Below, in pieces: positions 63,965 through 64,000 of a stretch of 64,000 bases of DNA (position 1 is the stretch's first letter; each line of letters opens with the position of its first letter). This DNA is from a virus, in IMG/VR virus record IMGVR_UViG_3300007351_000003, positions 4,022-68,021 of that record. The stretch is one strand, 5' to 3'. Under the pieces are notes generated by a model. The model made no database searches. It was given only the letters and a program-made list of their open reading frames with translations, and was not told where the DNA came from. The position numbers were made by a program, and so were the translations under genes.

Positions 63965-64000
63965 TGGGGCCAGCTGACCCATATTCCAGATAAGGACATC

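Larger units (their letters stand above)
61068..63965 (+). mobile_element. Array of attC-delimited gene cassettes (CALIN-like, no intI in window)
   Basis: Eight complete attC-like sites plus a truncated ninth; successive flanks are reverse-complementary. Confidence 0.85.
1..64000. mobile_element. Temperate phage/prophage segment (head, tail, replication, immunity, recombination modules)
   Basis: Terminase, portal, capsid, DnaB, RecT, cro/cI switch and AlpA in lambdoid order; no host housekeeping genes. Confidence 0.95.

Noticed and set aside
61068-63965. CRISPR array interpretation of the repeated hairpins
   Set aside because: Units are divergent 57-104 bp hairpins separated by whole genes, not identical repeats with uniform spacers; no cas genes
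1-64000. Integron integrase or phage integrase
   Set aside because: No ORF with tyrosine-recombinase R-H-R-H-Y or serine-recombinase motifs; the enzyme must lie outside the window or in the host

Overview
The whole window reads as part of a temperate, lambdoid-organised, probably short-tailed (podovirus-like) phage or prophage; no host genes, integrase or endolysin are visible. 1-28.5 kb (minus strand) is the virion module: terS, terL, portal, scaffold, N4-gp56/P22-type major capsid protein, decoration and adaptor proteins, and NHL/PKD/FN3/glycosidase-type tail proteins. 29-49 kb (minus) is the PR early arm: DnaB, an O-like initiator with iterons, RusA, NinB/NinG-like proteins, a beta-class MTase, an intein-split C5 MTase, radical SAM, PAPS-reductase-family protein and dNMP kinase. 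48.9-49.9 kb is a cro/cI switch with PR, PRM, PL and four operators. 50-64 kb (plus) is the PL early arm: tRNA-Tyr, a parS-like site, an SbcC-like ATPase/RecT/MBL-exonuclease module, AlpA and many small genes. Main result: small accessory genes in both early arms are separated by integron attC-like sites. These have AAC...GTT ends and an extrahelical G, often with a T. The flanks of successive sites are reverse-complementary, as expected for excisable cassettes. The sites face the opposite way to classical cassettes, so the mRNA strand is the attC bottom strand. One cassette carries a 146-nt structured RNA that is present twice. No integron integrase is in the window. Other notable signals: signal-peptide-like leaders on the capsid and decoration proteins, an HslV-like Ntn protease, a prfB-type CUU-UGA-C frameshift, a RusA encoded in two overlapping frames, and an HNH domain splitting the iteron array. 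Product names come from motifs recognised by eye, and novelty relative to the literature could not be checked.
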